From the IMG/VR virus record IMGVR_UViG_3300037400_005024, positions 32,001 through 96,000 of that record: a stretch of 64,000 nt of DNA; one strand, given 5' to 3'. Within the stretch, counting starts at the first letter, position 1, and every line of letters starts with the position of its first letter. The stretch is from a virus (taxonomy: Duplodnaviria; Caudoviricetes). Of this stretch, positions 10,034 through 20,566 are shown piece by piece. Below the pieces are notes generated by a model. The model was not told where the DNA came from. It was given only the letters and a program-made list of their open reading frames with translations, and did not search any database. Position numbers and translations under genes: made by a program.

Positions 10034-10177
10034 GCATTCACCATTTAACAAGTGAATTTGCAGTTTTCATACAAATTCACGTGTTAAAAGTGTTTTTATG
10101 CATTTTAGGTTTAACGGGGAATAAAATGATTTTTAATTTAACTAAAGAACAAGCAGATACTATTACCGAATCTAATT

Positions 10178-10597
10178 TTATACATTGATTTTGTTACAAT
10201 CTTTAATAAACAATTTAATATTATTTAAACTATTTAAAACTCTAAATATTATAAATGAAAATATAAAAGAATTCAAATGACTAAGATTTGTTACAAATGA
10301 ATAATCTAAAATTTGAAGATATCCTGTAATAAAAAATAAAGAATAAATTACGATTTGAAATACATAAAATAGTATGTATTTTTTGAAATTCATTTTTTCA
10401 GAAATTGGTTTTAACAGAAAAATGATACCAATTATCGAAATACATGATAAAATGATACTTGAAAAAGAAATACACATTATCACTATAGGATAATTTAAGT
10501 AAGTTATATGTGTAAATAACGAAAATAGAAATAAACCAAATGCAAAAATAAATGCATATACTGTAGATATTAAGATTGATTTTATATACTCTTTCAT
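10178..10597 (-). CDS. Multi-pass membrane protein
   Basis: About 4 hydrophobic segments; directly after terminase. Confidence 0.6.
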   Translation of the reverse strand: MKEYIKSILISTVYAFIFAFGLFLFSLFTHITYLNYPIVIMCISFSSIILSCISIIGIIFLLKPISEKMNFKKYILFYVFQIVIYSLFFITGYLQILDYSFVTNLSHLNSFIFSFIIFRVLNSLNNIKLFIKDCNKINV

Positions 10598-10600
10598 GTA

Positions 10601-12487
10601 TTAAATTCCGTAAAAATAATCTGTTGACATTTCGTCAAATTCTGTTTCTAGATTGCCATCATCAAAATTACCAATTGTTATACAATCTGCAAAATCTGTA
10701 TCAGACTCTGAATAAATGCTTTTAGTAACTTCTTTGAAATCTTCAAAATTCTGAATATCATTAAACAAACAGAATGCAATTGCTAAACTCATTACTAAGT
10801 CATCATGGAATCCTTCTTCAGCTTGGAATTTCTTTTTAACAAGAATAAATCTCTGAAGTTCTAGAATTGTATCTGCATCGTAAATTTCTAATTTCTTATT
10901 TTCTATAAGAAGTTTTAAAGTTTCTAAAAGTTGTGCACGAGATTTCGGAGTTGTTCTAAAACCTGGATAAGTTTTAAATTTATTTCCTGATCTGTCATAA
11001 TACAGATTTTCATATTCAAAATCTCTTTTTAAAGTATCTGCAATGCTTTGTCCTGCGCCTTCGTTGTTTTCAATAATCGTAAATGCAGTATTGTACGAAT
11101 TTGCAAAATCGTATAAAAAGTTAGGCATTAGTAAATAATCAATTTGTAATCTTCCAGATGCAACCTGTTTAAATGGAAATTTTGTAACATCTATCATATG
11201 AAGTGCAAAATAATCTCTACCATCTTTTGCAGGATCTACTGATAAAATGTACTTGTGATTTTCAAGTGGTTCTTCATAAATTTTGACAAATTCTTCTGTT
11301 CCTTGAACAAATATTCTATCTTTTGGTTTTACTGATTCAATTTCCTTTAAAACATCACCAGAAATTAAAGTATGAGACGATCCAAGAAATTCACAAGCAT
11401 ATGCCTGTAAAAAATACTGAAGACCTTGACGATCAATAACTTGTTGTTTAAATGTTTCAGGATCTATTAAGTTTCCTTTTCTATCATATCTTGGAACTTC
11501 TCTCCAATCAACTGTAATAAGTTCCATATCATTAGATGGTTTATCTATCTGAACGTCGAAAGTTCCATATTTATTTTTAACTACGTCTAGAACAGTTTCT
11601 TTTTTCTTTATTTCTTCAATTTCAGATTCTTGAACATTTTCAATAACTTTTCTTTTCTTAGAATCTTTAACCATTGAATAAAAATGGTTTAAACCGTTTG
11701 GAGTACTGATGAAAATTGTCTTTTTCCAGGCAAGTGAAGATTGCGACGGGAGGACGGAATCAACAAAGGACTCCCATTTAGTTCCTGCCACATATGCAGT
11801 TTCATCCACAACCACAACATTCATTGTACTACCACGAAATGAATCTCCTGAAGTTGCATCTGTTAAAATTCTTGTACCATTTTCTCCTTCGATTCTTCTA
11901 ACGTTCCAAACCTTTATACCTTGTTGTAACCAGATTGGTAAACATGTATATATGTTTTTAACATTTGCTAAGAAATCAGTTGCTGTACTTCCTCTGTTAG
12001 CACAAATTCCGATATTTATTTGTTCTTTAAAGAGGAACAGCCATGTTAACCAAACAGCAGTGGTTGCAGATTTTCCAGCTTGTCTTGGAAATACAACTAA
12101 GTATTGTTCATTTGCATTATTTAGTGAATGTATAAACTTTTCCTGATATTCACGGTGATCTGGAAAACCAATTCCAGATTTTGTTCTGAACTGAACATAA
12201 TTATTTTTAAAATAATCAATGTCTTCAGAACATCTTTTAATTTCTTGAATATGAATATCTGACAAGTTTATCTTTGTATGAAAGGGTTTGATTTGTCTAT
12301 TTCCATTAAAGGAAATTCTTCCACCAAATGCATCTAAGTAATAATCTTCATTATCCCTTTCAATATCCAAAATTTCAAGAGCAACAGACTTTCCTTCCTT
12401 AGTTTTTCTTAACTCATCAAGAATTTCAGGAGTTATAAGTTCTTTGTTTTCTTTTAATACTTTAATCTGTTCTGCGCTTAAAATCAT
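10601..12487 (-). CDS. gp17: Terminase large subunit
   Basis: PRQAGKS, VVVDETA, STPNGLNHFY, VDPA, HDDLVM; late promoter 12547-12554. Confidence 0.95.
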   Translation of the reverse strand: MILSAEQIKVLKENKELITPEILDELRKTKEGKSVALEILDIERDNEDYYLDAFGGRISFNGNRQIKPFHTKINLSDIHIQEIKRCSEDIDYFKNNYVQFRTKSGIGFPDHREYQEKFIHSLNNANEQYLVVFPRQAGKSATTAVWLTWLFLFKEQINIGICANRGSTATDFLANVKNIYTCLPIWLQQGIKVWNVRRIEGENGTRILTDATSGDSFRGSTMNVVVVDETAYVAGTKWESFVDSVLPSQSSLAWKKTIFISTPNGLNHFYSMVKDSKKRKVIENVQESEIEEIKKKETVLDVVKNKYGTFDVQIDKPSNDMELITVDWREVPRYDRKGNLIDPETFKQQVIDRQGLQYFLQAYACEFLGSSHTLISGDVLKEIESVKPKDRIFVQGTEEFVKIYEEPLENHKYILSVDPAKDGRDYFALHMIDVTKFPFKQVASGRLQIDYLLMPNFLYDFANSYNTAFTIIENNEGAGQSIADTLKRDFEYENLYYDRSGNKFKTYPGFRTTPKSRAQLLETLKLLIENKKLEIYDADTILELQRFILVKKKFQAEEGFHDDLVMSLAIAFCLFNDIQNFEDFKEVTKSIYSESDTDFADCITIGNFDDGNLETEFDEMSTDYFYGI

Positions 12488-12558
12488 TTTTCTTAAAAAG
12501 AGGGCCAAAGATTAAACAATGACCCTTTAAAAAAGAGGATACGATTTATTTATAACTT

Positions 12559-12967
12559 TTAGTCAGTTTCTTTAATTTTATCATTATCTTGAATTTTAAT
12601 TGTTGATTTTTTTCCAAAAAGTCTAACTGCTAAATACCAAACTTTCCTTCGAATTGAATTTACACCGTGCATTTTAAGAATTTCAAAGAAAATTTTATCT
12701 GCAATTTTCTTATTCTCATTATTAGATTTAATTAAGTTTAATCTCATTGCTTGATACAGAACATCATGAACTAAACTTGCAATTAAAGTGTTTTTAGTAT
12801 TGATAACTGGACCTGATGCACCGTCCCAGGCATAACCTTTTTTTAATTTCTAAAATGCCGTCTTTTGATGAAGCATATGGGTGTTCAAAGTCCGGTATTT
12901 TAATCGGTAGCTCAATTGAAAAATTTTCTTCAACTTTAAATTTGTACTTGTACTTTGTGTATTTCAT
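12559..12967 (-). pseudogene. DUF1353-like gene frameshifted at an A7 run
   Basis: ATG 12967 (ATGA overlap) MKYTKYKY...ILEIKK, then +1 frame GYAWDGASG...SLVHDVLYQ...ADKIF...AVRLFG; break at 12838-12844. Confidence 0.75.
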
Positions 12968-13419
12968 AATTCTCTCTCAGTTAAAACAATAAATTTCATA
13001 TTTCGTTTTTCAGCAAAATCTTTAGCAGCTCGCCATTTTGCTTGATTTATATAATATGTTATTAGTTCATCTTTATATCTAGTTACGTTTTTTCTTAGGA
13101 TAGGTTTTTTAGTTTGAGAATATGGTTTTATTTCAACTAAAAATTTTGCACCATTTTTAAATTCTATGAAAAAATCTATATAATAACGATGAAATTGACC
13201 ATCAGTTGGTTTTATGTACTGAATTGGAAAAGGTTCTAATGAATATTTTGTAATATTAGAATTCATTTCGCAATATCTAATAAATTTAAGTTCTAAAGAA
13301 CTTTTATATTCAATGAAAATTCCTTCTTTAGTTATTTTCATGGAATTCATCGTTTCATCAAGTTGTCTGATGAACTTCTCAGGATAAAGCAGTCTGTACC
13401 AACCTTTATGGCTTTTCAT
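12964..13419 (-). CDS. gp4: Head completion nuclease (gp4-like)
   Basis: YKSSLE, HRYYIDF, LVEIKPYSQT, NQAKWRAA, FIVLTE. Confidence 0.88.
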   Translation of the reverse strand: MKSHKGWYRLLYPEKFIRQLDETMNSMKITKEGIFIEYKSSLELKFIRYCEMNSNITKYSLEPFPIQYIKPTDGQFHRYYIDFFIEFKNGAKFLVEIKPYSQTKKPILRKNVTRYKDELITYYINQAKWRAAKDFAEKRNMKFIVLTEREL

Positions 13420-13422
13420 AAA

Positions 13423-14136
13423 TTAAGAAAAAGATCCCCATACATCATCTGTAGTTACATTCTTCTGAGATTTAACTTTTTCATCAATAGGACGTTCAAA
13501 AGAATCTACTAAATTAGTTTCTTTAGAAACAGTTTGAGAATCTTTAACTTCGAGTTCTGTTTCAAGATCTTCTTTTTCTTTCATTAGTTCTTCAAAGTAA
13601 TCATCAAGTGATTTAGGTGATGTATCGAGTGGTGATAGATCATCAGAAGGCTTTTGAATTTCTGAAAGATTATCTGTAAGTTTGAACTCGTAAGGAGTTA
13701 GTGTTAACTTATAAACTGTTCTTGAATTATTATTGACATAATCATTATTTATTCCAGGAACTTGGAATGTAACGTCAGTTATTTCAAGAATTTTATTTGA
13801 AGGTAATACAATTAAATTTCCTACTATTTCTTTGAATTTTATTTCACCAAATGATTCAACTGAAATAAAAACAGATAAGTTATTTAAGTCTGTAAAACCA
13901 AATGAATTGAACTGATATCCTGAACTGTCAAATGAATCAGAGTTTTCAGGAAGTGCATACATTTCAATTATATCATTTTTATCTGCAACTAAGTGCTGAT
14001 AATCCTTGAAAAGGTTATCCTCATTTATTTTCTTTACTTTAACAAATTTAACCTGAATTCCGTACATTGAAATCATTTCGGTTATAAGTGATTTATTCAA
14101 ATCGTATTCAGGTGCATTATAAAAGTTTAAATTCAT
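13423..14136 (-). CDS. gp14: Neck protein (gp14-like)
   Basis: EMISMYG, LF.D, F.SFG, G.LI..P pattern; late promoter 14156-14163. Confidence 0.7.
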   Translation of the reverse strand: MNLNFYNAPEYDLNKSLITEMISMYGIQVKFVKVKKINEDNLFKDYQHLVADKNDIIEMYALPENSDSFDSSGYQFNSFGFTDLNNLSVFISVESFGEIKFKEIVGNLIVLPSNKILEITDVTFQVPGINNDYVNNNSRTVYKLTLTPYEFKLTDNLSEIQKPSDDLSPLDTSPKSLDDYFEELMKEKEDLETELEVKDSQTVSKETNLVDSFERPIDEKVKSQKNVTTDDVWGSFS

Positions 14137-14155
14137 TTTTACGGAATGTTTTTAC

Positions 14156-14220
14156 TATTTATAAAAAAATCGGTGCTTATTTCAAACTGCAGTTAAATTA
14201 TGTTACAAGAAATATAAATA
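14156..14220. promoter_or_regulatory. Divergent late promoters
   Basis: TATAAATA at 14156-14163 (-) and 14213-14220 (+). Confidence 0.7.
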
Positions 14221-14255
14221 TATTAAATTTGTTTTCTTAATAATAAATTTATTAA

Positions 14256-15770
14256 ATGAAATTACTAGAATCATTAAAAAAACCATTTACAAGTTCACCA
14301 AAGAAGGATATTAGAAAATCATCTTCTGTAGTTTCACCTGAAAAGTCTTTACGAGCAATTCACGGTGATGAAGTTCAGAGTGCATTTTTTACAGGTGACA
14401 ATCAACAATTATTAAATCAGTTAAACTTTACTTTTTTAAACAATTCTCAGAGTTTAGTTCAAGAACAAGCAAATAAAATTGAAACATATCGTTCAATAGT
14501 ATTTCACAATTCTGAACTCAAAAACTGTATTACAGAAATTGTTAACGAAGTTGTTGGTGGAATAACAAGAACAGATGTAATTTCACTTGATTTTAATGAA
14601 GAAAATGATAGTATTAAGGAAGCAGTTCAAAATTCATTTAATAAAATTTCAACTCTTTTAAATATAAACAGATCAATTTATAATATCGTTGAACAGTCAT
14701 ATATTGATGGTCAAGCAGTTTTACATTGCACATTTAACGATGATAAGAAAGGCATTCAATCAGTTGAAATGATAGATCCTGCTTATTTGTTTTATGACAG
14801 AGAAAAAGAGTGCTATGTATACGAACGTGGTAATTATACAAAATCATTGTACGCTTTAACTAATTTAGAAGATGAAAAGTTAAAATATTCACGCGATGAA
14901 ATAGTTCGTTCAGATTTTGGTCTTTATGAAAAAAATATCTGTCTTTCTTATGTAGAATTCGGTATTAAAAATGCAAATATTTTAAAAAATCTTGAAGATT
15001 TATTAGTTCCATTAAGATTTTCAAGATCTATGACAAGACGTGTTTTTAATGTTGACGTTGGCAATTTACCAGCAAAACGTGTTGATGAAGTTATGAAAAT
15101 TATTCAACAGCGTTTCCAATATAAAAAGTTTTATAATGCAGAAACTGGTGAAATTAACAATCAACAGCACATTACATCAATGGCCGAAGACTATTGGTTC
15201 CCAAATCGTTCAGGTTCTAAAGGTACTCAAGTTGATGTTCTTGATGAAACCGGAAATCTTGGCGAATTAGGTGATATTCTGTATTATGCTAGAAAACTTT
15301 ATCGTTCAATGAATGTTCCTGTTTCAAGGTTACATTTAGATAATGAATCTGATCATACATTTGATTATGAAGCAACTCAAACATCTAAAGAAGATATTAA
15401 GTTTTTCACTTTCATTTCAAGAATTCGTCAAGTTTACTCTGACTTATTCAAAAAATTATTAAAACTTGAAGTTATTTCTTCAGGAATTTTAAATGAAAAG
15501 GAATGGAAAGCTAGAGAACATGATATTAAAATCATATTTAATAACGAAAACAAGTTTATAGAGAAAATGCGTTTAATGAATCTTCAAGAAGCACTTGAAA
15601 TTTATAATAATGCATCAGAACAAGTTGGTAAAGTTTTCACAGTTAAATTCTTATTTAAAGAAGTATTTAAAAAATCAGACGAAGAAATTGATGAGCTTTT
15701 AAAGGAACTTGAATCAGAGAAAAAGGATAAACGTTTTGCTCAATACTATAATAACTCTGAAGAATTTTAA
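14256..15770 (+). CDS. gp20: Portal protein
   Basis: RRVFNVDVGNLP, EDYWFPNR.G.KGT, KLYRSMNVPVSR. Confidence 0.95.
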   Translation: MKLLESLKKPFTSSPKKDIRKSSSVVSPEKSLRAIHGDEVQSAFFTGDNQQLLNQLNFTFLNNSQSLVQEQANKIETYRSIVFHNSELKNCITEIVNEVVGGITRTDVISLDFNEENDSIKEAVQNSFNKISTLLNINRSIYNIVEQSYIDGQAVLHCTFNDDKKGIQSVEMIDPAYLFYDREKECYVYERGNYTKSLYALTNLEDEKLKYSRDEIVRSDFGLYEKNICLSYVEFGIKNANILKNLEDLLVPLRFSRSMTRRVFNVDVGNLPAKRVDEVMKIIQQRFQYKKFYNAETGEINNQQHITSMAEDYWFPNRSGSKGTQVDVLDETGNLGELGDILYYARKLYRSMNVPVSRLHLDNESDHTFDYEATQTSKEDIKFFTFISRIRQVYSDLFKKLLKLEVISSGILNEKEWKAREHDIKIIFNNENKFIEKMRLMNLQEALEIYNNASEQVGKVFTVKFLFKEVFKKSDEEIDELLKELESEKKDKRFAQYYNNSEEF

Positions 15771-15807
15771 AATAATTGCATAACCTCCTCAACCTCATTA
15801 TACAAAA

Positions 15808-15838
15808 AAAGGACCTCATTTGATTTGAAGTCCTTTTT
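15808..15838. terminator. Bidirectional terminator
   Basis: aaaaaggac...gtccttttt between convergent genes. Confidence 0.6.
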
Positions 15839-15850
15839 AATTTTGGGATA

Positions 15851-16423
15851 TTATAGGATGCCGTGATTTTCTTTAAATTCTTCTTCAGTGATATTTGTCA
15901 TTTCAAGATCTGAAAGATCATCATAATGAACACATTCTGGAGAACAGTAAGTTACTGGAGTCCACTTTCCACATGTCTTGCATCTGTTTAACTTGCCTTT
16001 TAAAAACTCAGCTAAAATTGTATAATAAGAAACCTTTTCAAGATAATTTACTGAAATATTGTCTTTAACTACTGAGTATTCGTTAATAATTCCATTTAAT
16101 ACATCAGCAATGTCTGACTGTAAAACATCAAAAACTAAAGATGAATTACAGTTCTTTTTAGAGATTTTCATAAAAATCTCTGACTTTGAATATCCTAACT
16201 TAGAAAGGAATTTCACAGCAACTCTTAAAGCAGTTAACTTGATCTTCTCATTCTTATTTCTGTTTAAAAGAATCATCATCTTTAAAGTGTTTCTTGTCTC
16301 TGAAGAAAGATTTAAATCAGCATTTGAAATGATCTTTTCAACAGCCTTTTCAGCAGATGCTGTAATCTTAACGCGCTTTGCTTTAGAAAGATCAGCTGGG
16401 TTAACATTAACGAAGTTTAACAT
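15851..16423 (-). CDS. Early hypothetical protein with C-terminal Cys cluster
   Basis: CxxC...CxxxC; behind two early promoters; AGGAG RBS. Confidence 0.7.
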   Translation of the reverse strand: MLNFVNVNPADLSKAKRVKITASAEKAVEKIISNADLNLSSETRNTLKMMILLNRNKNEKIKLTALRVAVKFLSKLGYSKSEIFMKISKKNCNSSLVFDVLQSDIADVLNGIINEYSVVKDNISVNYLEKVSYYTILAEFLKGKLNRCKTCGKWTPVTYCSPECVHYDDLSDLEMTNITEEEFKENHGIL

Positions 16424-16460
16424 AATATTTCTCCTGTTATCAATTTGTTTTTACAGTATC

Positions 16461-16576
16461 ATTATAAACCAAATTTTTTAAAAAGTAAACCAATTTTTTA
16501 AAATTTTTTTATTTTTTTTTTATTTGATTTAACTTTTTACATATACATTATAAACCAAAACTTAGAAAAAGTAAAC
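16461..16576 (-). promoter_or_regulatory. Tandem early promoters
   Basis: GTTTACT-N17-TATAAT at 16461-16490 and 16547-16576. Confidence 0.8.
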
Positions 16577-16698
16577 TTTTTTTTAAAAATTTTGATATTT
16601 GCGTAACAGTTTTATACAAAATGAAATAGAGGAGGATGATGAGGAATAAAAAACGTCAAAGTGTTTTTCAACCTTGACGTTTATTGACATTTTTCAGA

Positions 16699-18531
16699 TC
16701 ACTGATTGTATCTTAGAACTTCGTCATAAAGTCCTATTTCTTTTAAGTGTTCAATTGAAACACCAGCACCTTCTCTGAATCCGCAATGAGGGCATTCGTC
16801 ACCAATGATTCCAAGATATCCACAAACTGGACATTGATCGTTTTGAGTATTTATAGAGAAATACTGTAAATTTTTCTTTGCAGCATATCTTACAATAGCT
16901 TCGTATGCATCCAAGTTTTTGTTTGGATCACCATCTAATTCGATATATGTTATAGAACCAGCATTACAAATCTCGTGATATGGAGACTCAACGTCAATTT
17001 TATGCAAAATAGAAGTGTTGTAATAAACAGGAACATGGAAACTATTTGTGTAATAATCTCTGTCTGTTACACCTGGAATAACACCAAAAATCTTTCTATC
17101 TTTTCTTAAGAATGTTCCAGCTGTACTTTCAGCAGGTGTTGCAAAACAACTCCAAGATAAACCAGTCTTTTTAGATTCTTCATCCATTCTATCTCTTAAA
17201 TGCTGAATAATTTTAAGACCAAGTTCTTGAGCTTCTTCTGATTCACCATGATGTTTTCCAGTTAAAGCAACTAAACATTCTGCTAAACCACAGAATCCAA
17301 CTGAAATTGAAGATTGCTTTAAAATTTCACGAATAGTGTCGTTTGGTCCATACTTATCAGAATCTAAGTATAAACCTTGACCCATAAGGAAAGGATAGTT
17401 ATAAACATGCTTTTTTCCGATGTACTCAAATCTATCTTTTAACTGCTGAATTGCATCATCAATTAAATTATCAAAATCATTAAAGAACTTCTTTAAATCA
17501 CCTTTAGCTAAAATACCAAGTCTTGGTAAATTTAAAGTATTAAAACTGAAATTGCCTCTTCCAGTTACTTGTTCATGATCTTTGTCATAAGTGTTTCCAA
17601 TTACGCGCGTTCTGCAATTGTGTGAATGTACACCGCTTAAATCAAAAGTATCTGATTCAGTTTCGACATCAAATGAATCATCTGTTTTGTTTAAATATTC
17701 AATGTCATTAACTTTTTCTTCGTGCTTTTCAATATCATAGTAAATTCCAGCATCGTAAACTTCAAGAGGTGTGCTGAAATACTTTAATTTCCAAAAGTGT
17801 TTAATTGGATGATCAAAACGAATTTCAGAAACATTTTTATGTTCAGTTTTAATATAACCCAACTTATTAAGATAAAATTCAATAATATCTAAGTAATTTT
17901 CTGTAAAATCAAAAACTTGAACTAATGTCTTTCCTAAAGATTCAGCTGCAATTTGACGTTTAAAATGATTATCCTTAGTTGTACAAGTATAATTTTTATT
18001 CTTTTTAGTAATTTCAGCATAAGAAACATTAGAAGCATGACTTTCAGACGGATTGATATCTATGAATAAGTCTTTATATGATAAATCAAAAATGAAGTCG
18101 CCTAGAACACTTTCAAACTTAAAGTCTAAGTTAAATTTCTTTAATAACTCATCATGAACTTTTTTTGTCTTCATAGAAATAACTGGTCCTCTTGCTTTTA
18201 GTATCTCTTCATTGTTCATATTCTTTAAAGTATTAAAATAAGTTTTATGACGTTTTAAATTAGCTTCGTCTGTATGAGAATTTATGTCGCTCTTTAATTT
18301 ACTTTCTGGAGTATTAAATGCAAATGCTCCATATCGTTCAATCTGTGTTTTCCTTGTTTTAGCTTTAATTTCTGGCCTTTGCATTGGATTATAAACACCG
18401 TACTTTTTAAAATATAATTCAGATCGATATTTATATAAGCATTCATTAGAGCAAAAATTCTTTAGATGCTTAACTGTCCGAATGAATTCTTTTCCGCAAA
18501 CTTTACATTTGCATTTTTCATTATCGTACAT
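16699..18531 (-). CDS. nrdD: Vsr-like homing endonuclease + C-intein + NrdD C-terminal part (no glycyl-radical motif)
   Basis: Zn finger, KYG..NP repeats, DINP..SH; FDVETESDTFDLSGVHSHN|CRTRV; GRGNFSFNTLNLPRL, ATPAES, YYTNSFHVP, CPVCG; ends without RxxGY. Confidence 0.9.
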   Translation of the reverse strand: MYDNEKCKCKVCGKEFIRTVKHLKNFCSNECLYKYRSELYFKKYGVYNPMQRPEIKAKTRKTQIERYGAFAFNTPESKLKSDINSHTDEANLKRHKTYFNTLKNMNNEEILKARGPVISMKTKKVHDELLKKFNLDFKFESVLGDFIFDLSYKDLFIDINPSESHASNVSYAEITKKNKNYTCTTKDNHFKRQIAAESLGKTLVQVFDFTENYLDIIEFYLNKLGYIKTEHKNVSEIRFDHPIKHFWKLKYFSTPLEVYDAGIYYDIEKHEEKVNDIEYLNKTDDSFDVETESDTFDLSGVHSHNCRTRVIGNTYDKDHEQVTGRGNFSFNTLNLPRLGILAKGDLKKFFNDFDNLIDDAIQQLKDRFEYIGKKHVYNYPFLMGQGLYLDSDKYGPNDTIREILKQSSISVGFCGLAECLVALTGKHHGESEEAQELGLKIIQHLRDRMDEESKKTGLSWSCFATPAESTAGTFLRKDRKIFGVIPGVTDRDYYTNSFHVPVYYNTSILHKIDVESPYHEICNAGSITYIELDGDPNKNLDAYEAIVRYAAKKNLQYFSINTQNDQCPVCGYLGIIGDECPHCGFREGAGVSIEHLKEIGLYDEVLRYNQ

Positions 18532-20557
18532 ATACTACATCTCCATTATGAATGTCTTTTACAAAAGTTCTACCTTTATCTTTAATATCTAAAGGATGGT
18601 CATCAGTTAAAATCAAAGTCTTTGAATCTGTTTTTACTTCAACCCAGTTAGAAACATTCAAATTTCTAAGAATACCTTTGCATTTTACAAAAGAACTGTT
18701 ATCTTTAATTAAAACATTATCTAATTTAATGTATTCTGATTTTTCAGTTTTCTTGTAAACACCGAATTCATCTTTTAAGAAATTGAAAGCATCAATGAAT
18801 GATAAATCATACATAGTATCTTTATAGATAAAAGTAATCTTTTCATTCTTGTCTGCACATCCCATAACCGCAATTTCTGTTTCTGGATGACCTTCCTTGT
18901 AATACTGAGCATTGTAAGGAGAATCACAGAATGTGAAATTTGGAAATAAACGTTTTGCAGATGTCTTAATTGCTAACTTAAATAAATCATAATTCTTAGA
19001 CTTTGGATCTAAATTTACAGATTTTTTAATCTTAAAAATCTGAACTGGGAATATTGGTGTTTCAGATCTTCCAAGACCTTTCTGAGTAGCCAACAGAACA
19101 TTCTTCACAATCATTCTGCCTTCTTCAGAAGTATCTGTTCCGTAGTTGATAGAACTAAACGGAGTCTGCGCACCACAATTATGAACTACTGCAAAATTAT
19201 CAGAATTTTTATCCTTAACACAGAAATTATGGTTATCTTCAACTTCAATGTCAAATACTTCTTCAGTAATGTCATTTTTCATAAATACAATTGATGAAAA
19301 ACCATCTATAGTTAAAACATCCGTTGCATACTGTGCTTCAACGTATCCTTTTGATGTATAAAGCTTATGATCTGGAGTGCATCTTAATCTCTGACCATTT
19401 TCAAGAACTAATAGAAGAAGTTCCTTTTCACCATTATCTAATACTCTTTTAACCTTTTTATACTCATATTCTTGAGTATTTACATTAAATGATAACACAT
19501 AATCATTTACTTTGAGTTTATTGATGTTCGTATTACCATCTGCAGCCACGATTATCTCATCAGCAGGTAAACATCTAGAATGCATAGTATTAAAATTGTG
19601 AATTAGAGCTTCCATTGCCTGATATGTTTCTTTATCAGTTTTCTTTAATGCACGTTTATATAACTTTTCAAAAATTTCAGAATCAATTTTAAGTAATTCT
19701 GATAATTCTGATTTTGAATCCAAGTTTAAAATTGTATTGTACTTTTGATAAATTTTATCAGTTATTTCTTTAGTAAGAATATTCTTAAAATCTTTTTCAG
19801 TATCTTCTGAATCAAAATAATCATTTAAGCATTCTCTTAAATGATTTACAAATGACTTTGCAACGTACGGTGCTAAATCATAATCAAATGTCGGAAAAGC
19901 CTGGCCACCAAACATTTCATTCTGATTAGACTGCAAAACAATACAAGCTAAATTTGCTGCTGTTTTAATTGACTGAGGTTCTCTTACAGTTCCATGTCCA
20001 GTATTAAAACCAGATTTTAAAAGTTTTGCTAATGGAATAAACAAGCAATTCATTGTAATGCTATAAAAATCTAAATCATGTACATGAAAATCACCATTTT
20101 CATGTTGCATTGCAAACTTTGGCTTAATTAAGTACTTTAAATTATAATCTTTTGATGCTTCTGTACCAATTTTTAACATTGTACCCATTGAGGTATTAAC
20201 ATCAATGTTTGCATTTTCTCTTTTTAGATCTAATTCAGAACTTTCAATTTTATTGATATCATCAAAAATCTTAGTTAACTGTGTATTTGCATCTCTGGCT
20301 TTAGCTCTGTCATGTCTGTAAATGATGTATGCTTTTGCCTCATCATACATTCCACGCTTAACAAGTTCTTGTTCAACCAGGTCTTGAATTGTTTCAACTC
20401 CAGTATTATCAGAAATTTTATTCTGAACTGAATTTGCAATCTCATAAACTAGTGCTTGATTTGTATTATGAACTTCGTCAAAACACTTTGAAATTGCTTT
20501 AATGAGTTTAGAACTTGAAAATTCTTCAACTCTTGCATCTCTCTTTCTAATTCTCAT
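18521..20557 (-). CDS. nrdD: NrdD N-terminal part (ATP cone, cis mini-intein, terminal N-intein)
   Basis: IRKRD ATP cone, HVHDLDFY, QNEMFGGQ, TPFSSINYG, PIFP; inteins at HSR|C and MG|C. Confidence 0.92.
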   Translation of the reverse strand: MRIRKRDARVEEFSSSKLIKAISKCFDEVHNTNQALVYEIANSVQNKISDNTGVETIQDLVEQELVKRGMYDEAKAYIIYRHDRAKARDANTQLTKIFDDINKIESSELDLKRENANIDVNTSMGTMLKIGTEASKDYNLKYLIKPKFAMQHENGDFHVHDLDFYSITMNCLFIPLAKLLKSGFNTGHGTVREPQSIKTAANLACIVLQSNQNEMFGGQAFPTFDYDLAPYVAKSFVNHLRECLNDYFDSEDTEKDFKNILTKEITDKIYQKYNTILNLDSKSELSELLKIDSEIFEKLYKRALKKTDKETYQAMEALIHNFNTMHSRCLPADEIIVAADGNTNINKLKVNDYVLSFNVNTQEYEYKKVKRVLDNGEKELLLLVLENGQRLRCTPDHKLYTSKGYVEAQYATDVLTIDGFSSIVFMKNDITEEVFDIEVEDNHNFCVKDKNSDNFAVVHNCGAQTPFSSINYGTDTSEEGRMIVKNVLLATQKGLGRSETPIFPVQIFKIKKSVNLDPKSKNYDLFKLAIKTSAKRLFPNFTFCDSPYNAQYYKEGHPETEIAVMGCADKNEKITFIYKDTMYDLSFIDAFNFLKDEFGVYKKTEKSEYIKLDNVLIKDNSSFVKCKGILRNLNVSNWVEVKTDSKTLILTDDHPLDIKDKGRTFVKDIHNGDVVYVR
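18524..18859 (-). mobile_element. Split intein N-half (NrdD), 112 aa
   Basis: MG|CADKNEKI...LTDDHPL...stop. Confidence 0.85.
19178..19573 (-). mobile_element. Cis mini-intein, 132 aa
   Basis: CLPADE...CTPDHKL...VFDIEVEDNHNF...VVHN|C. Confidence 0.93.
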
Positions 20558-20566
20558 TTTAATCCT

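Noticed and set aside
11520-11665. About 40-aa terminase insertion as an intein
   Set aside because: No Cys/Ser start or His-Asn end; likely a loop insertion.
12838-12846. Programmed -1 frameshift at A AAA AAG
   Set aside because: Joining the frames needs +1, not -1.
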